Program-made: the position numbers and the translations under genes
Assembly (NCBI GenBank): GCA_002748065.1
Contig: PDRJ01000032.1
Location: 236-64,235, forward strand
Source: Bacteroidota bacterium
GTDB lineage: Bacteria; Bacteroidota; Bacteroidia; Bacteroidales; BM520
DNA: 64,000 bases
Direction: 5' to 3'
Shown: positions 25,744-34,821 of the stretch, piece by piece
How the letters are laid out: each line of letters starts with the position of its first letter
Numbering within the stretch: the first letter of the stretch is position 1
The notes under the pieces: model-generated
Database searches by the model: none
What the model saw: the letters and a program-made list of their open reading frames with translations, nothing else
What the model was told of the DNA's origin: nothing

Positions 25744-28236
25744 CTATTTAAAAATGATCATTTGTTGCTCTTCGTCGATCTGGAACTCCCCAAATCTTGA
25801 GAGGGTTGCATTATCCAGAATGAGCGGTTTGGTAAGTCGATAATTGATGGTGGCGGTAACCTCTTCAATGGTGGTGATTCCCAAACGAATGGTCTTGAGG
25901 GTGAATTTTGCCTTGTCAGCAATGAATCCATCACCAATAAGTTCATCGGGATTGCCTTCAAAGTCTGCCTTTGTGATAACTCCGGCTTTTAGCATTTCAA
26001 GGGCTTTCTCTTGGCTGATTTGCACATGCGTCCCCCGCTTATCATACACAAAGGGGATGGTGATGCCGTTGAGGATTGCTTCTGCCTGGATCATGCCCCG
26101 CTCATCTTTTGTAAAGGGGATGTTGTTCTGTTCCGGATTCTCCACGATGGCAATGGTGGTGGTGGCTTCGCCTGTGGGAACCTGGGATTTGGGAACGAAG
26201 TCTTTGCTGATTACCGAGAATTCAGTACGGCGGTTCAATTGGTGAGCGGCTTCTCTTTCCGGGTCTGAGGAGAGCGAGGCGATAAACTCCTCGGTGAGGA
26301 GGGTTCCCTCTGCGAAGGTAAAGCCATCGCGGGTGACCTCTTTTCGTAGGCGAAGGGGCGTGCGCTCTCCATATCCTTTGGCTACCAATCGGTCAGGATC
26401 GATACCCCGCTCAATAAGGTAGTTAACCACTGATTCGGCACGGCGCTGCGACAGGATATCGTTGGACTCTGAGGTTCCCCGGGCATCAGTGTGTGCTGCT
26501 AGCTCCACCACCAGTGTGGGGTTGGCATCCAGGGTTTGGATAAGTCCTTGCAGGCTATCCTGATATTGTGGTTTCAGATCCCACTTGGCCAGATCATAGA
26601 GGATCTCTGGAAGTGCAATGGGCTCCTCAGGAATAGGTTGCAAAATAAAGTCATGCACAAAATCCCGGCTTCTCTCAATGCCTACAGTGGTCTCTTTGGC
26701 CGTGGTATTGAAGTAGTTGGGCTTGGAAACGGTGATATCGTAGGTGGTCTCCGGCTTGAATTGGGAGGAGCTAAAGTTAAAGTATCCTTTGGGATCGGTA
26801 CGTGATTGGATAGCACTTCCATCGGAGCCCACCAATTTTACAATGGCATTCTCAATGAATTGTAGCGTCTGCTCATCCGTGACAACCCCTGAAAGCGAGA
26901 ACTCTACCGGCGGTTCAATGAAGTAGTAGATATCATCGCCTCCACGGCCCCCTTTTCTGTTGGAGGTGAAATAACCTTCTTCCTTGCCGGGGATGAAGAT
27001 AATGCCAAACTCATCGTAGTTGGTATTCATGGGAGAACCGATATTGGTGGGTTCGGTGAATTTCCCGTCGCGTTTGATCGAGACAAAGATGTCGAGGCCT
27101 CCCAGGCCGGGATGTCCATCGGAGGCGAAATAGAGGGTGGAGTCGTTTCGCAGGAAGGGGAAGTACTCATCGCCGGTGGTATTGACAGCCATTCCCAGGT
27201 TGATGGGGCGTCCAAAGTCGCCCGTTCTTGTCTCGCGGGTGGCGTACCAAAGGTCTCTTCCACCTTTTCCTCCTTTGCGGTTACTGGAGAAGTAGATGGT
27301 TAGCTCATCTTCCGAGAGTGCAGGTTGTCCGTTGGCATCGGCGCTGTCTCCGGCGAGGTTTAGATAGCGTGGTTCGCCAAAGCTTTTTCCCGTTCTTTTG
27401 GAAACGTAGATCTGGCATCCCTTGAATCCGTCGCCCTCTTCCAATGCTTCGGCGCAGCGGGTGAAGTAGAGCCGATTGGACTGGGCGTTCATGCTTCCCG
27501 CTCCCTCATTGGCATCGGTGTTGATCACTTCTGTTTCATCGATCAGAACCGGTTGGCTCCACTTCCCTTTGACATCCTTCTTCGTGATGAAAAGGTCACT
27601 GAAGTCCTTTCCTGTCCAGTCGTCGGTATCTTTTCCTGTGGCTCCATCCCTGTTGGAGGTGATGAGAATACTGTTGAATACCTGATTGTCGGCCCAAGCC
27701 GGGGCAAAGTCATCCTCACGGGAGTTGATCTTTTTCTGATTTTCGATCTGGTGGTTGGAGGGATTTTCAAGCCACTTTGTGGCCAATTCGCACGATTTCT
27801 TTCCGTTGATAGCTTTAGGGTCGTTGGGTTTGATTTCGAGGAACGCTTGGTAAAGGGGCAAGGCCTCCTCATACTTTTCATTGAAACGAAGGGCATCCGC
27901 ATAGCGGATCAGTAAGATAGGGTCCTCCTTGTGGTAATTGGATCGATAGCTGCGCTTATATTGTGCCTCTGCGCGTTTCATCTCGTTGGTGAAACGGTAA
28001 CACTCGCCAATTTTATACGAGATATAGGCCTTCTCGGAACGGTTTTTTCGCGCTTTCGAGTAGGCCTTTTTGTACTTGTCAATGGCCACCGTATATTTCC
28101 CGGTATTAAAAAGCGATTCCGCCGCTTCCAGTTGCCGGTTTTGCGCCCGTATCGAAACCGTGGGGATTAGAACGATCAATAGAAGCAAAAGGGGGAGAAT
28201 CCTCGTATTGTTTTTCATCGCGTGATTACCTTTCAT
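25744..28236 (-). CDS. OmpA-family outer-membrane-associated protein (TPR + TolB-like repeats + CarboxypepD_reg-like + OmpA_C + extra C-terminal domain)
   Basis: 830 aa. Signal peptide, OmpA_C motif HTDARGTSESNDILSQRRAESV...NRRTEF, then ~165 further residues. Alternative start 28218. Confidence 0.85.
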   Translation of the reverse strand: MKGNHAMKNNTRILPLLLLLIVLIPTVSIRAQNRQLEAAESLFNTGKYTVAIDKYKKAYSKARKNRSEKAYISYKIGECYRFTNEMKRAEAQYKRSYRSNYHKEDPILLIRYADALRFNEKYEEALPLYQAFLEIKPNDPKAINGKKSCELATKWLENPSNHQIENQKKINSREDDFAPAWADNQVFNSILITSNRDGATGKDTDDWTGKDFSDLFITKKDVKGKWSQPVLIDETEVINTDANEGAGSMNAQSNRLYFTRCAEALEEGDGFKGCQIYVSKRTGKSFGEPRYLNLAGDSADANGQPALSEDELTIYFSSNRKGGKGGRDLWYATRETRTGDFGRPINLGMAVNTTGDEYFPFLRNDSTLYFASDGHPGLGGLDIFVSIKRDGKFTEPTNIGSPMNTNYDEFGIIFIPGKEEGYFTSNRKGGRGGDDIYYFIEPPVEFSLSGVVTDEQTLQFIENAIVKLVGSDGSAIQSRTDPKGYFNFSSSQFKPETTYDITVSKPNYFNTTAKETTVGIERSRDFVHDFILQPIPEEPIALPEILYDLAKWDLKPQYQDSLQGLIQTLDANPTLVVELAAHTDARGTSESNDILSQRRAESVVNYLIERGIDPDRLVAKGYGERTPLRLRKEVTRDGFTFAEGTLLTEEFIASLSSDPEREAAHQLNRRTEFSVISKDFVPKSQVPTGEATTTIAIVENPEQNNIPFTKDERGMIQAEAILNGITIPFVYDKRGTHVQISQEKALEMLKAGVITKADFEGNPDELIGDGFIADKAKFTLKTIRLGITTIEEVTATINYRLTKPLILDNATLSRFGEFQIDEEQQMIIFK

Positions 28237-28256
28237 CTTAATAATAACTGAATAAC

Positions 28257-28526
28257 TTAGTTTTTGGTATTGCCCGTTTGATCTTTTCCGACAGCCTGTT
28301 TGATATCCTTCTCCAGGTTATTGATCTCTTCAGCAATCTGGTCGGTCTCTGCGGTTAACTCTTGGGTGAAATCCTGTGTGGCTTTTTTCATTTTTTGTAG
28401 GATTGAACCGGTCTTTTTCCCGATTTCACGAATCCCGGAGGGGCCAAACAGTAGAAAGATGACCGCCACGATGACCAACAACTCACTTCCGCTGAGGTTA
28501 AAGAACAAATAGACGCTCGGTATCAT
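28257..28526 (-). CDS. tatA: Twin-arginine translocase TatA/E-family protein
   Basis: 89 aa. SELLVIVAVIFLLFGPSGIREIGKKTG...KKA hinge/amphipathic pattern. Confidence 0.75.
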   Translation of the reverse strand: MIPSVYLFFNLSGSELLVIVAVIFLLFGPSGIREIGKKTGSILQKMKKATQDFTQELTAETDQIAEEINNLEKDIKQAVGKDQTGNTKN

Positions 28527-28545
28527 TCAATTCTCTATAAAGATA

Positions 28546-28553
28546 CAAAAATA
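28546..28553 (-). promoter_or_regulatory. -7 box TATTTTTG (minus strand) upstream of tatA
   Basis: The plus strand reads caaaaata, 20 nt upstream of start 28526. Confidence 0.45.
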
Positions 28554-28683
28554 AAAATTAAACGTTAACTTGACGACATCCCCTCCTTGCTTTTGAAAAT
28601 TCTTTCTTTCTGAAAAGAGGGTAGATTCCTTGATGAATGGACGACTTCAAGAGGAGGAAAGGGGAAAGGGAGGGCATGCCGTT

Positions 28684-28798
28684 TGTATAGAATGTTCGAA
28701 TCGAGGCTTGCGAAGGCTGAGAAATGGGAGTTTACTGAGGTAAATGACCATTTTGAAGACAAGCGTAACGAAGAAGTCGGACTCTATAGCGGACGTTA
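28684..28798 (+). mobile_element. MITE-like element, copy F (5'-truncated), in tandem with copy G
   Basis: Starts mid-element (tgtatagaatgttcgaatcgaggcttgcgaagg...) and ends ...gaagtcggactctatagcggacgtta, 2 nt before copy G. Confidence 0.8.
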
Positions 28799-28800
28799 CA

Positions 28801-28955
28801 TAGTGTCTGTCCATAAAGTCAGCGTTTTGAGAAGAGGCTGTATAGAAAGTTCGAATTCGAGGCTTGCGAAGGCTGAGAAATGGGAGTTTACTGAGGTAAA
28901 TGACCATTTTGAAGACAAGCGTAACGAAGAAGTCGGACTTTATATACAGCCTCTA
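28801..28955 (+). mobile_element. MITE-like 155-bp element, copy G
   Basis: TAGTGTCTGTCCATAAAGTC...GACTTTATATACAGCCTCTA, TA-flanked. Confidence 0.85.
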
Positions 28956-28961
28956 TTTATC

Positions 28962-28994
28962 GCAAAAGAGGCTGTCTGATCCAGACAGCCTCTC
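28962..28994 (-). terminator. Terminator hairpin downstream of secDF
   Basis: AGAGGCTGTCTG-atc-CAGACAGCCTCT. On the minus strand it is followed by TTTTG. Its arms resemble the MITE termini. Confidence 0.6.
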
Positions 28995-29025
28995 TATGAA
29001 TTGGTATAAGCGATTAATAAAACTA

Positions 29026-32000
29026 CTATTGATTGTTAAGTTTTATCTTCTCTTTCTTTTTCCGTGCAAGTCCCTCCTGTGCTGCACCCTTATTTTTGGT
29101 GAGGTCATAGGCTACAGGAGTAGAGATAAATACGGAAGAGTACGTACCCACGAGGATACCGACCATCAGGGCAAAGGTCATTCCACGGATCACCTCACCA
29201 CCCAGGATGAAGATACTGAGAAGTACAATGAAGGTGGTCCCTGAAGTGAGGAAAGTACGTCCTAAGGTGCTATTTACCGCACCATTAATATTGTCTTTAA
29301 AGCTATGCTTGGGATGTAATCCCACATACTCACGGATTCGGTCAAAGATAATCACCGTATCGTTAATGGAGTAACCGATGATGGTCAGGATAGCCGCGAT
29401 AAAGGACTGGTCGATCTCCAGGTTAAATGGCAGCACACCATAGAACAATGAGTAAATAGAAACCGTAATCATGGCATCGTGAGCCAGGGTAACCAAACCA
29501 CCCACACCAAACTGCCATCTTCTAAATCGGGCCGCGATGTAGGCAAAGATGACGATTAGAGAGATAAGGATGGCCCATACTGCACGCTGCTTGATGTCAT
29601 CGGCAATGGTAGGTCCAACCATCTGGCTGGATAAAATACCTGCTAGCTTCTCTTCGCTATCTCCGGCAAAGTCCTTGTAGGAGAGAGGTTCTTTGTAGAA
29701 ATTCTTCAATCCATTGTAAAGCTTGGATTCCACAATGGAATCTACGTCAACGCCCATCTCTTCAATCATATAGTTGGTGGTCACCTTTACCTGACGAGAG
29801 GGGCCAAAGGTCTTCACCTCGGGGGCACTACCAAACTCTTTAGCCAGAGAGGAGCGAATATCTTCGGTGGAGATGTCTTTGTCGAAGCGTACCACATAAG
29901 TTCGTCCACCGGCAAAGTCAACCCCTTGGTTCAATCCGCGGGTAGCCAGAGAGATAATACCAACGGCAATAACTGCTGCAGAGATGATGTAGAAGGTTTT
30001 CCGTTTTGCGATGAAGTCTACATTGATATTGGTAAACCAGTTAGCGGTTACCTTGTTGGAGAACTGCAATGTACGGTTCTTGCTCAGCCTTCTGGAGAAG
30101 ATCAAACGAGAGATAAAGATCGCCGAGAAGAGCGAGGAGAGGATACCAATGATGAGCGTAGTAGCAAAACCTTGTACCGGACCGGAACCGAAGACGTAAA
30201 GTACGATGGCGGTCAAAAGGGTTGTGATGTTACCATCAATGATGGCTGAATAGGCGTTTTTGTAACCATCTTCCACAGCAAGGCGAATCCCTTTTCCTAC
30301 GCGAATCTCCTCTTTGATACGTTCGTAGATGATTACGTTGGCATCTACTGCCATACCAATGGTCAGAACGATACCCGCAATACCGGGCAGGGTAAGTACC
30401 GCTCCCAAAGAGGAGAGTACTCCAAAGATAAAGAAAACGTTGGTGAGCAATGCAAGGTCAGCCACATAACCACCCCGATTGTAATAGAGTACCATGTAAA
30501 CCATCACCAAAATAAAGGCAATGATAAAAGAATTGATTCCCGAACGAACCGCTTCGCGTCCCAGGGAGGGACCCACGATCTCTTCCTGAACGATACGGGC
30601 TGGAGCAGGAAGTTTACCTGCTTTCAAAATATTTGCAATGTCTTGTGCCTCTTCCACACTCATGTCACCACCGGAGATAGAGGAACGTCCACCGGCAATC
30701 TCTCCGCGTACATTGGGGAAGGAGTAAACATAGTCATCAAGGACAATGGCAATCTGACGACCCACATTCTCACCGGTAAGGCGTTTCCAAACACGAGCTC
30801 CTTCAGAGTTCATGGCCATGGAGACCTCTACACGTCCGTTTTGGTCATAGTCTTGACGTGCGTCTACGATCACGTCTCCGCCAAGGGGGGCTTTCCCGTC
30901 ACGAGAGGTGACTTTCAGTGCCACAAGCTGTAACCGATCTGGCGCATAGGATTCCGGTTTGTTGGCCCAAACCAGGATCATGTCACGGGGCATCAATTGT
31001 TTAACTTTGCGAAGCATATAGTTTACCTTCGCTGTATCTTTGATGAAGGCAGAACCTACCGAAGCACTCTCTCCCGGAACCACCTGCCCGTTGGCATTTT
31101 GGTAGAAAGAGGGTTGAAGATAACGGAAAAGAGGGTTGTTCTCTTCCCAGTCTTCACGTTGCTTGTCAAGGTCTTCTGAATCAATATCACTGTCTTCAAT
31201 CAACTCTTCAAGGGACTGTTCTTCTCCGCTGGAGGTCTCCGTTGTATTTTTCTTATCGCTGCCTTTGGCCTCTTGTGAAGTTTTGGGTTTTTCCGTAGCC
31301 GTTGTTGCTTCCTCTTTTTCGGCATCTACTGCTCCTTCGCTACCATAGGCTGCCTCCTCTTTCTCAATTTGACGCAGACGGGCGTTTGCATCAGTGAAAT
31401 AGGTGTGTATCTCGTTAAACTTGAATGTTTCCCAAAATTCCAGTTTTGCAGAACCCTGGAGAAGCTTACGTACACGCTCAGGCTCTTTGATACCGGGGAG
31501 CTCGATAAGGATACGGCCCGTTTGTTGTAATTTCTGAATGTTAGGCTGGGCAACACCAAAACGGTCAATACGAGTACGAAGAATCTCGAAAGAGCGGTCG
31601 ATGGCTCCTTTGGTCTCCTTGCGGATAATCTCTAAAACTTCATCGTTGGTGGAAGTGGTAGTGATTCCCCTGTTTTTAAACTCGTAAGCGTATATGGCCG
31701 CCAACTTGGCATTGGGGTCAGTTTCGTAGAAGGCATTGGCAAAGAGGGTAATGAAGTCCTCCTGAGAGTCCTTCATCTTCTCGGATGCTTTGCGGATGGC
31801 TTCGTTAAAGGTGGGATCTTTACTGTATCCGGAAAGTGCACGGACAATGTCCGCAACGGAAACTTCCATGGTAACGTTCATTCCTCCTTTAAGGTCCAGA
31901 CCAAGGTTAATCTCACGCTCTTTACAATCCTGGTAAGTGTATTTCTTTCCAATGTTGTAAACCGTTTCATTCTTCATCGAATCAAGATAGTAACGTCTGC

Positions 32001-32208
32001 GGGCAGATACAAGCGAATCCGAAATAAATACTTGTCTCAATTCATCTCCTTTGGCTAAACGTTTAGCCATTTCAGCAGTCATTTCACTATTCGCATAGCG
32101 CTCTGCCTTCTTCTCTACGTTTCTTGTAACGAACGTAAAAGAGAGTGAAAATAGGCAAACCAACGCAAACGCGATAGCGAAAAATCTAATAGCACCTCTA
32201 CTTTGCAT
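29026..32208 (-). CDS. secDF: Protein translocase SecDF fusion
   Basis: 1060 aa with 12 TM-like segments in two RND-like halves. The periplasmic domain carries an acidic low-complexity insert. Confidence 0.92.
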   Translation of the reverse strand: MQSRGAIRFFAIAFALVCLFSLSFTFVTRNVEKKAERYANSEMTAEMAKRLAKGDELRQVFISDSLVSARRRYYLDSMKNETVYNIGKKYTYQDCKEREINLGLDLKGGMNVTMEVSVADIVRALSGYSKDPTFNEAIRKASEKMKDSQEDFITLFANAFYETDPNAKLAAIYAYEFKNRGITTTSTNDEVLEIIRKETKGAIDRSFEILRTRIDRFGVAQPNIQKLQQTGRILIELPGIKEPERVRKLLQGSAKLEFWETFKFNEIHTYFTDANARLRQIEKEEAAYGSEGAVDAEKEEATTATEKPKTSQEAKGSDKKNTTETSSGEEQSLEELIEDSDIDSEDLDKQREDWEENNPLFRYLQPSFYQNANGQVVPGESASVGSAFIKDTAKVNYMLRKVKQLMPRDMILVWANKPESYAPDRLQLVALKVTSRDGKAPLGGDVIVDARQDYDQNGRVEVSMAMNSEGARVWKRLTGENVGRQIAIVLDDYVYSFPNVRGEIAGGRSSISGGDMSVEEAQDIANILKAGKLPAPARIVQEEIVGPSLGREAVRSGINSFIIAFILVMVYMVLYYNRGGYVADLALLTNVFFIFGVLSSLGAVLTLPGIAGIVLTIGMAVDANVIIYERIKEEIRVGKGIRLAVEDGYKNAYSAIIDGNITTLLTAIVLYVFGSGPVQGFATTLIIGILSSLFSAIFISRLIFSRRLSKNRTLQFSNKVTANWFTNINVDFIAKRKTFYIISAAVIAVGIISLATRGLNQGVDFAGGRTYVVRFDKDISTEDIRSSLAKEFGSAPEVKTFGPSRQVKVTTNYMIEEMGVDVDSIVESKLYNGLKNFYKEPLSYKDFAGDSEEKLAGILSSQMVGPTIADDIKQRAVWAILISLIVIFAYIAARFRRWQFGVGGLVTLAHDAMITVSIYSLFYGVLPFNLEIDQSFIAAILTIIGYSINDTVIIFDRIREYVGLHPKHSFKDNINGAVNSTLGRTFLTSGTTFIVLLSIFILGGEVIRGMTFALMVGILVGTYSSVFISTPVAYDLTKNKGAAQEGLARKKKEKIKLNNQ

Positions 32209-32331
32209 TTGTAAATGAGTTTATTATATTTACTTTCAATATTTTTAAGCGTGCAAATATAGGCCTTCCTTATGAGAATTACAATTATTGACTTTAAAGA
32301 ATTTGGGAATTTCCGGTTTTATGAAATTTAA

Positions 32332-32339
32332 TACCTTTG
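32332..32339 (+). promoter_or_regulatory. -7 box TACCTTTG
   Basis: 27 nt upstream of ATG 32367. Confidence 0.5.
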
Positions 32340-32366
32340 TAAGGGTTATTCTCTTGTTGGTTTCTT

Positions 32367-34577
32367 ATGGGAAAACATAAACATCTTGTACTCTTTCTCT
32401 TTCTGATATCGATCTTGGGAGAATCTGAGGCTCAGCAGCCTTACGGCTTTGAACGCTATGATCAAATAGTGGTTTTTGATGCCCAGGGGAGACCGCTTAA
32501 CTTTCCATGGGTCGGCGGACTGAATGCCCCCCAGTTCAACACCGTTTTATTAAATGGGGATTCGCTGCCGGACCTGGTCTGTTTCGATCGAAGTGGAAAT
32601 CGCCTTCTTACCTTCATTAATGAACAGAATCAATGGCGGTATCGACCTGAATATCAGTCGTTATTTCCTGATATAAACCACTGGATGATCATGAAGGATT
32701 ACAATGGTGATGGAAGGAAGGATCTTTTTACCTATACCACTGGTGGAATACAAGTTTTTTACAATACGGGTAGGGATGAGGAGCGCTTCTTGTTGATGAC
32801 AGACCCCTATCTTACCTCCTTGCAAGGCTCCATGGAGACCAACATCTTGGTGACCTATGCCGATTATCCGGGTATTGTAGATCTGGATTTTGATGGGGAT
32901 TTGGATATCTTGACCTTTTATGGCCTTGGCGCCTTTGTGGAGGTGCATAAAAACTGTTCCATGGAACTGTATGGCTCCCCTGACTCTCTCGTTTATGAAA
33001 AGAGTAACTCTTGTTGGGGCTATTTTGCTGAAAGTGAAGAGTCCAATGTGCTTTATCTCGATACCTGTCTTAATGGGGCAGGAATGCCCGGGAAAGCTGA
33101 AAGGCATACTGGTTCGACCTTTCTCCTTTTTGATAAAGATCAGGACCACGATTATGATCTGTGGCTTGGGGATGTGGATTATCCGTCGTTGCTGCTGCTT
33201 GAAAATGGGGGGGATGCTACAGAGGCGCGAATCACCTCTGTAATCAAGGATTATCCGCCATCTTCTCCAGTCTCCCTCTACTCTTTTCCCGCGGCCTTTC
33301 TGGAAGATGTGGATTTTGATGGATTGGCAGATTTATTGGTCGCCCCCTTTGATCCTTCGCTTCGTAACCTGGAGGTGAATCACAATATTCTGTTCTATAA
33401 AAATAGGGGAGATAATGAGTTTGAGTTTGTGACGCGCGATTTCTTGCAGGATGAGATGATCGAGTGGGGGGCTGGGGTTTATCCCTCTCTTTTTGACTGG
33501 AATGGGGATGGTCTGTTGGACCTGTTGCTGGGAAATGAAGGGGTGAATGACACCTGTTTTATGGACGAGTATGCAACTTTGCACTGTTCTTATAAAAGCT
33601 TTTTGGTGTTGTACGAGAATGTGGGTTCTCTCTCGGAGCCTGCTTTCCATCTTGTGGATGATGATTTTGGTGGCCTCTTTGAGTATGGAATCCATGGTTT
33701 GCATCCTGCTGTGGGGGATGTTGATGGGGATGGGGATGCGGATGTGGTATGCGGAACCGCAGAGGGATCGTTTGTTTGGCTGGAAAATCGTTCGGGCAGC
33801 TATCCGCCTCAATTTCTAGTGCATGAGGAGGCTTTTTCCGGGATTGCGGTAGATCATAATGCGGCCCCTGCTCTTGTCGATCTTGATTTTGATGGAGACT
33901 TGGATCTTGTCTCCGGTTGTAGGGATGGGTTGCTCTATGGCTTTGAAAACACCTCTGCCTCTTCGGGTGACCCCTCTTTTATGCTATCCTACAGTATGCT
34001 GGGGGGGGTGGATGTACGAGATCTTACCGTGAGCTATTATGGCTATAGCACTCCTTTCTTTCGGGAGGATTCGGAAGGAGCTTTGGAACTGTTTGTGGGG
34101 TCCTCCTCCGGCAGAATATACCTGTATGACGTTATGAGGGAGGATTTGTCGGAACCCTTTCCGCTTGTGACCTCTCATCTGCATTACCTGGATTTTGGAG
34201 AGCGTGTGGATTGTTCCCTTGCCGATTTGAATGGGGATGCCTATCCTGAGTTGGTGGTAGGACTGTTTGCCGGGGGAGCGGTGCTTTACAAGGGAACCTC
34301 TCCTTCGGAGATTGTCGAAAAAGAGCAGCGACCCTCCCTGGACTTTTTTCCCAACCCCGCCAACCAACAGGTTACCCTTGGCCATGATGTTTGGAAATAT
34401 CTTCCCCTTGGTGTGGAAATCTATACCTTGTCAGGTAGGATGTGCTCCCAACAGATTACGGCGGATGGTGTTATTGATCTTTCTTCCTTGAATGAAGGAG
34501 TCTATTGCCTGAGAATTTTTAAGCTGGATACCGGGGAGAGCTACGGATGTCAGAGAATTGTGAAGATGACCCGGTGA
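32367..34577 (+). CDS. FG-GAP/VCBS-repeat protein with T9SS C-terminal sorting domain
   Basis: 736 aa. Signal peptide, repeated D.DGDGD.D/DxNGDG motifs, and a C-terminus FFPNPANQQVTL...GVYCLRIF typical of a T9SS CTD. Confidence 0.8.
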   Translation: MGKHKHLVLFLFLISILGESEAQQPYGFERYDQIVVFDAQGRPLNFPWVGGLNAPQFNTVLLNGDSLPDLVCFDRSGNRLLTFINEQNQWRYRPEYQSLFPDINHWMIMKDYNGDGRKDLFTYTTGGIQVFYNTGRDEERFLLMTDPYLTSLQGSMETNILVTYADYPGIVDLDFDGDLDILTFYGLGAFVEVHKNCSMELYGSPDSLVYEKSNSCWGYFAESEESNVLYLDTCLNGAGMPGKAERHTGSTFLLFDKDQDHDYDLWLGDVDYPSLLLLENGGDATEARITSVIKDYPPSSPVSLYSFPAAFLEDVDFDGLADLLVAPFDPSLRNLEVNHNILFYKNRGDNEFEFVTRDFLQDEMIEWGAGVYPSLFDWNGDGLLDLLLGNEGVNDTCFMDEYATLHCSYKSFLVLYENVGSLSEPAFHLVDDDFGGLFEYGIHGLHPAVGDVDGDGDADVVCGTAEGSFVWLENRSGSYPPQFLVHEEAFSGIAVDHNAAPALVDLDFDGDLDLVSGCRDGLLYGFENTSASSGDPSFMLSYSMLGGVDVRDLTVSYYGYSTPFFREDSEGALELFVGSSSGRIYLYDVMREDLSEPFPLVTSHLHYLDFGERVDCSLADLNGDAYPELVVGLFAGGAVLYKGTSPSEIVEKEQRPSLDFFPNPANQQVTLGHDVWKYLPLGVEIYTLSGRMCSQQITADGVIDLSSLNEGVYCLRIFKLDTGESYGCQRIVKMTR

Positions 34578-34650
34578 GCTTCGAAAGAGGAATGAATTTT
34601 CCTATTTTTGCCGTAGAATAGAAGATAGACGTTTAACCATTTTGCCTATA

Positions 34651-34805
34651 TAGTGTCTGTCCATAGAGTCAGCGTTTTGAGCAGCGGCTGTATAGAAAGT
34701 TCGAATTTGAGGCTTGCGAAGGCTGAAATAGGTGAGTTTACTGGGGTAAATGACCATTGGGAAGAGAAGCGTAACGAAGAAGTCGGACTTTATAGACAGA
34801 CTCTA
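34651..34805 (+). mobile_element. MITE-like 155-bp element, copy H
   Basis: TAGTGTCTGTCCATAGAGTC...GACTTTATAGACAGACTCTA, with flanks tataTA|...|TAtata. It ends 16 nt before ATG 34822. Confidence 0.85.
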
Positions 34806-34821
34806 TATAAAGTAGATTGTT

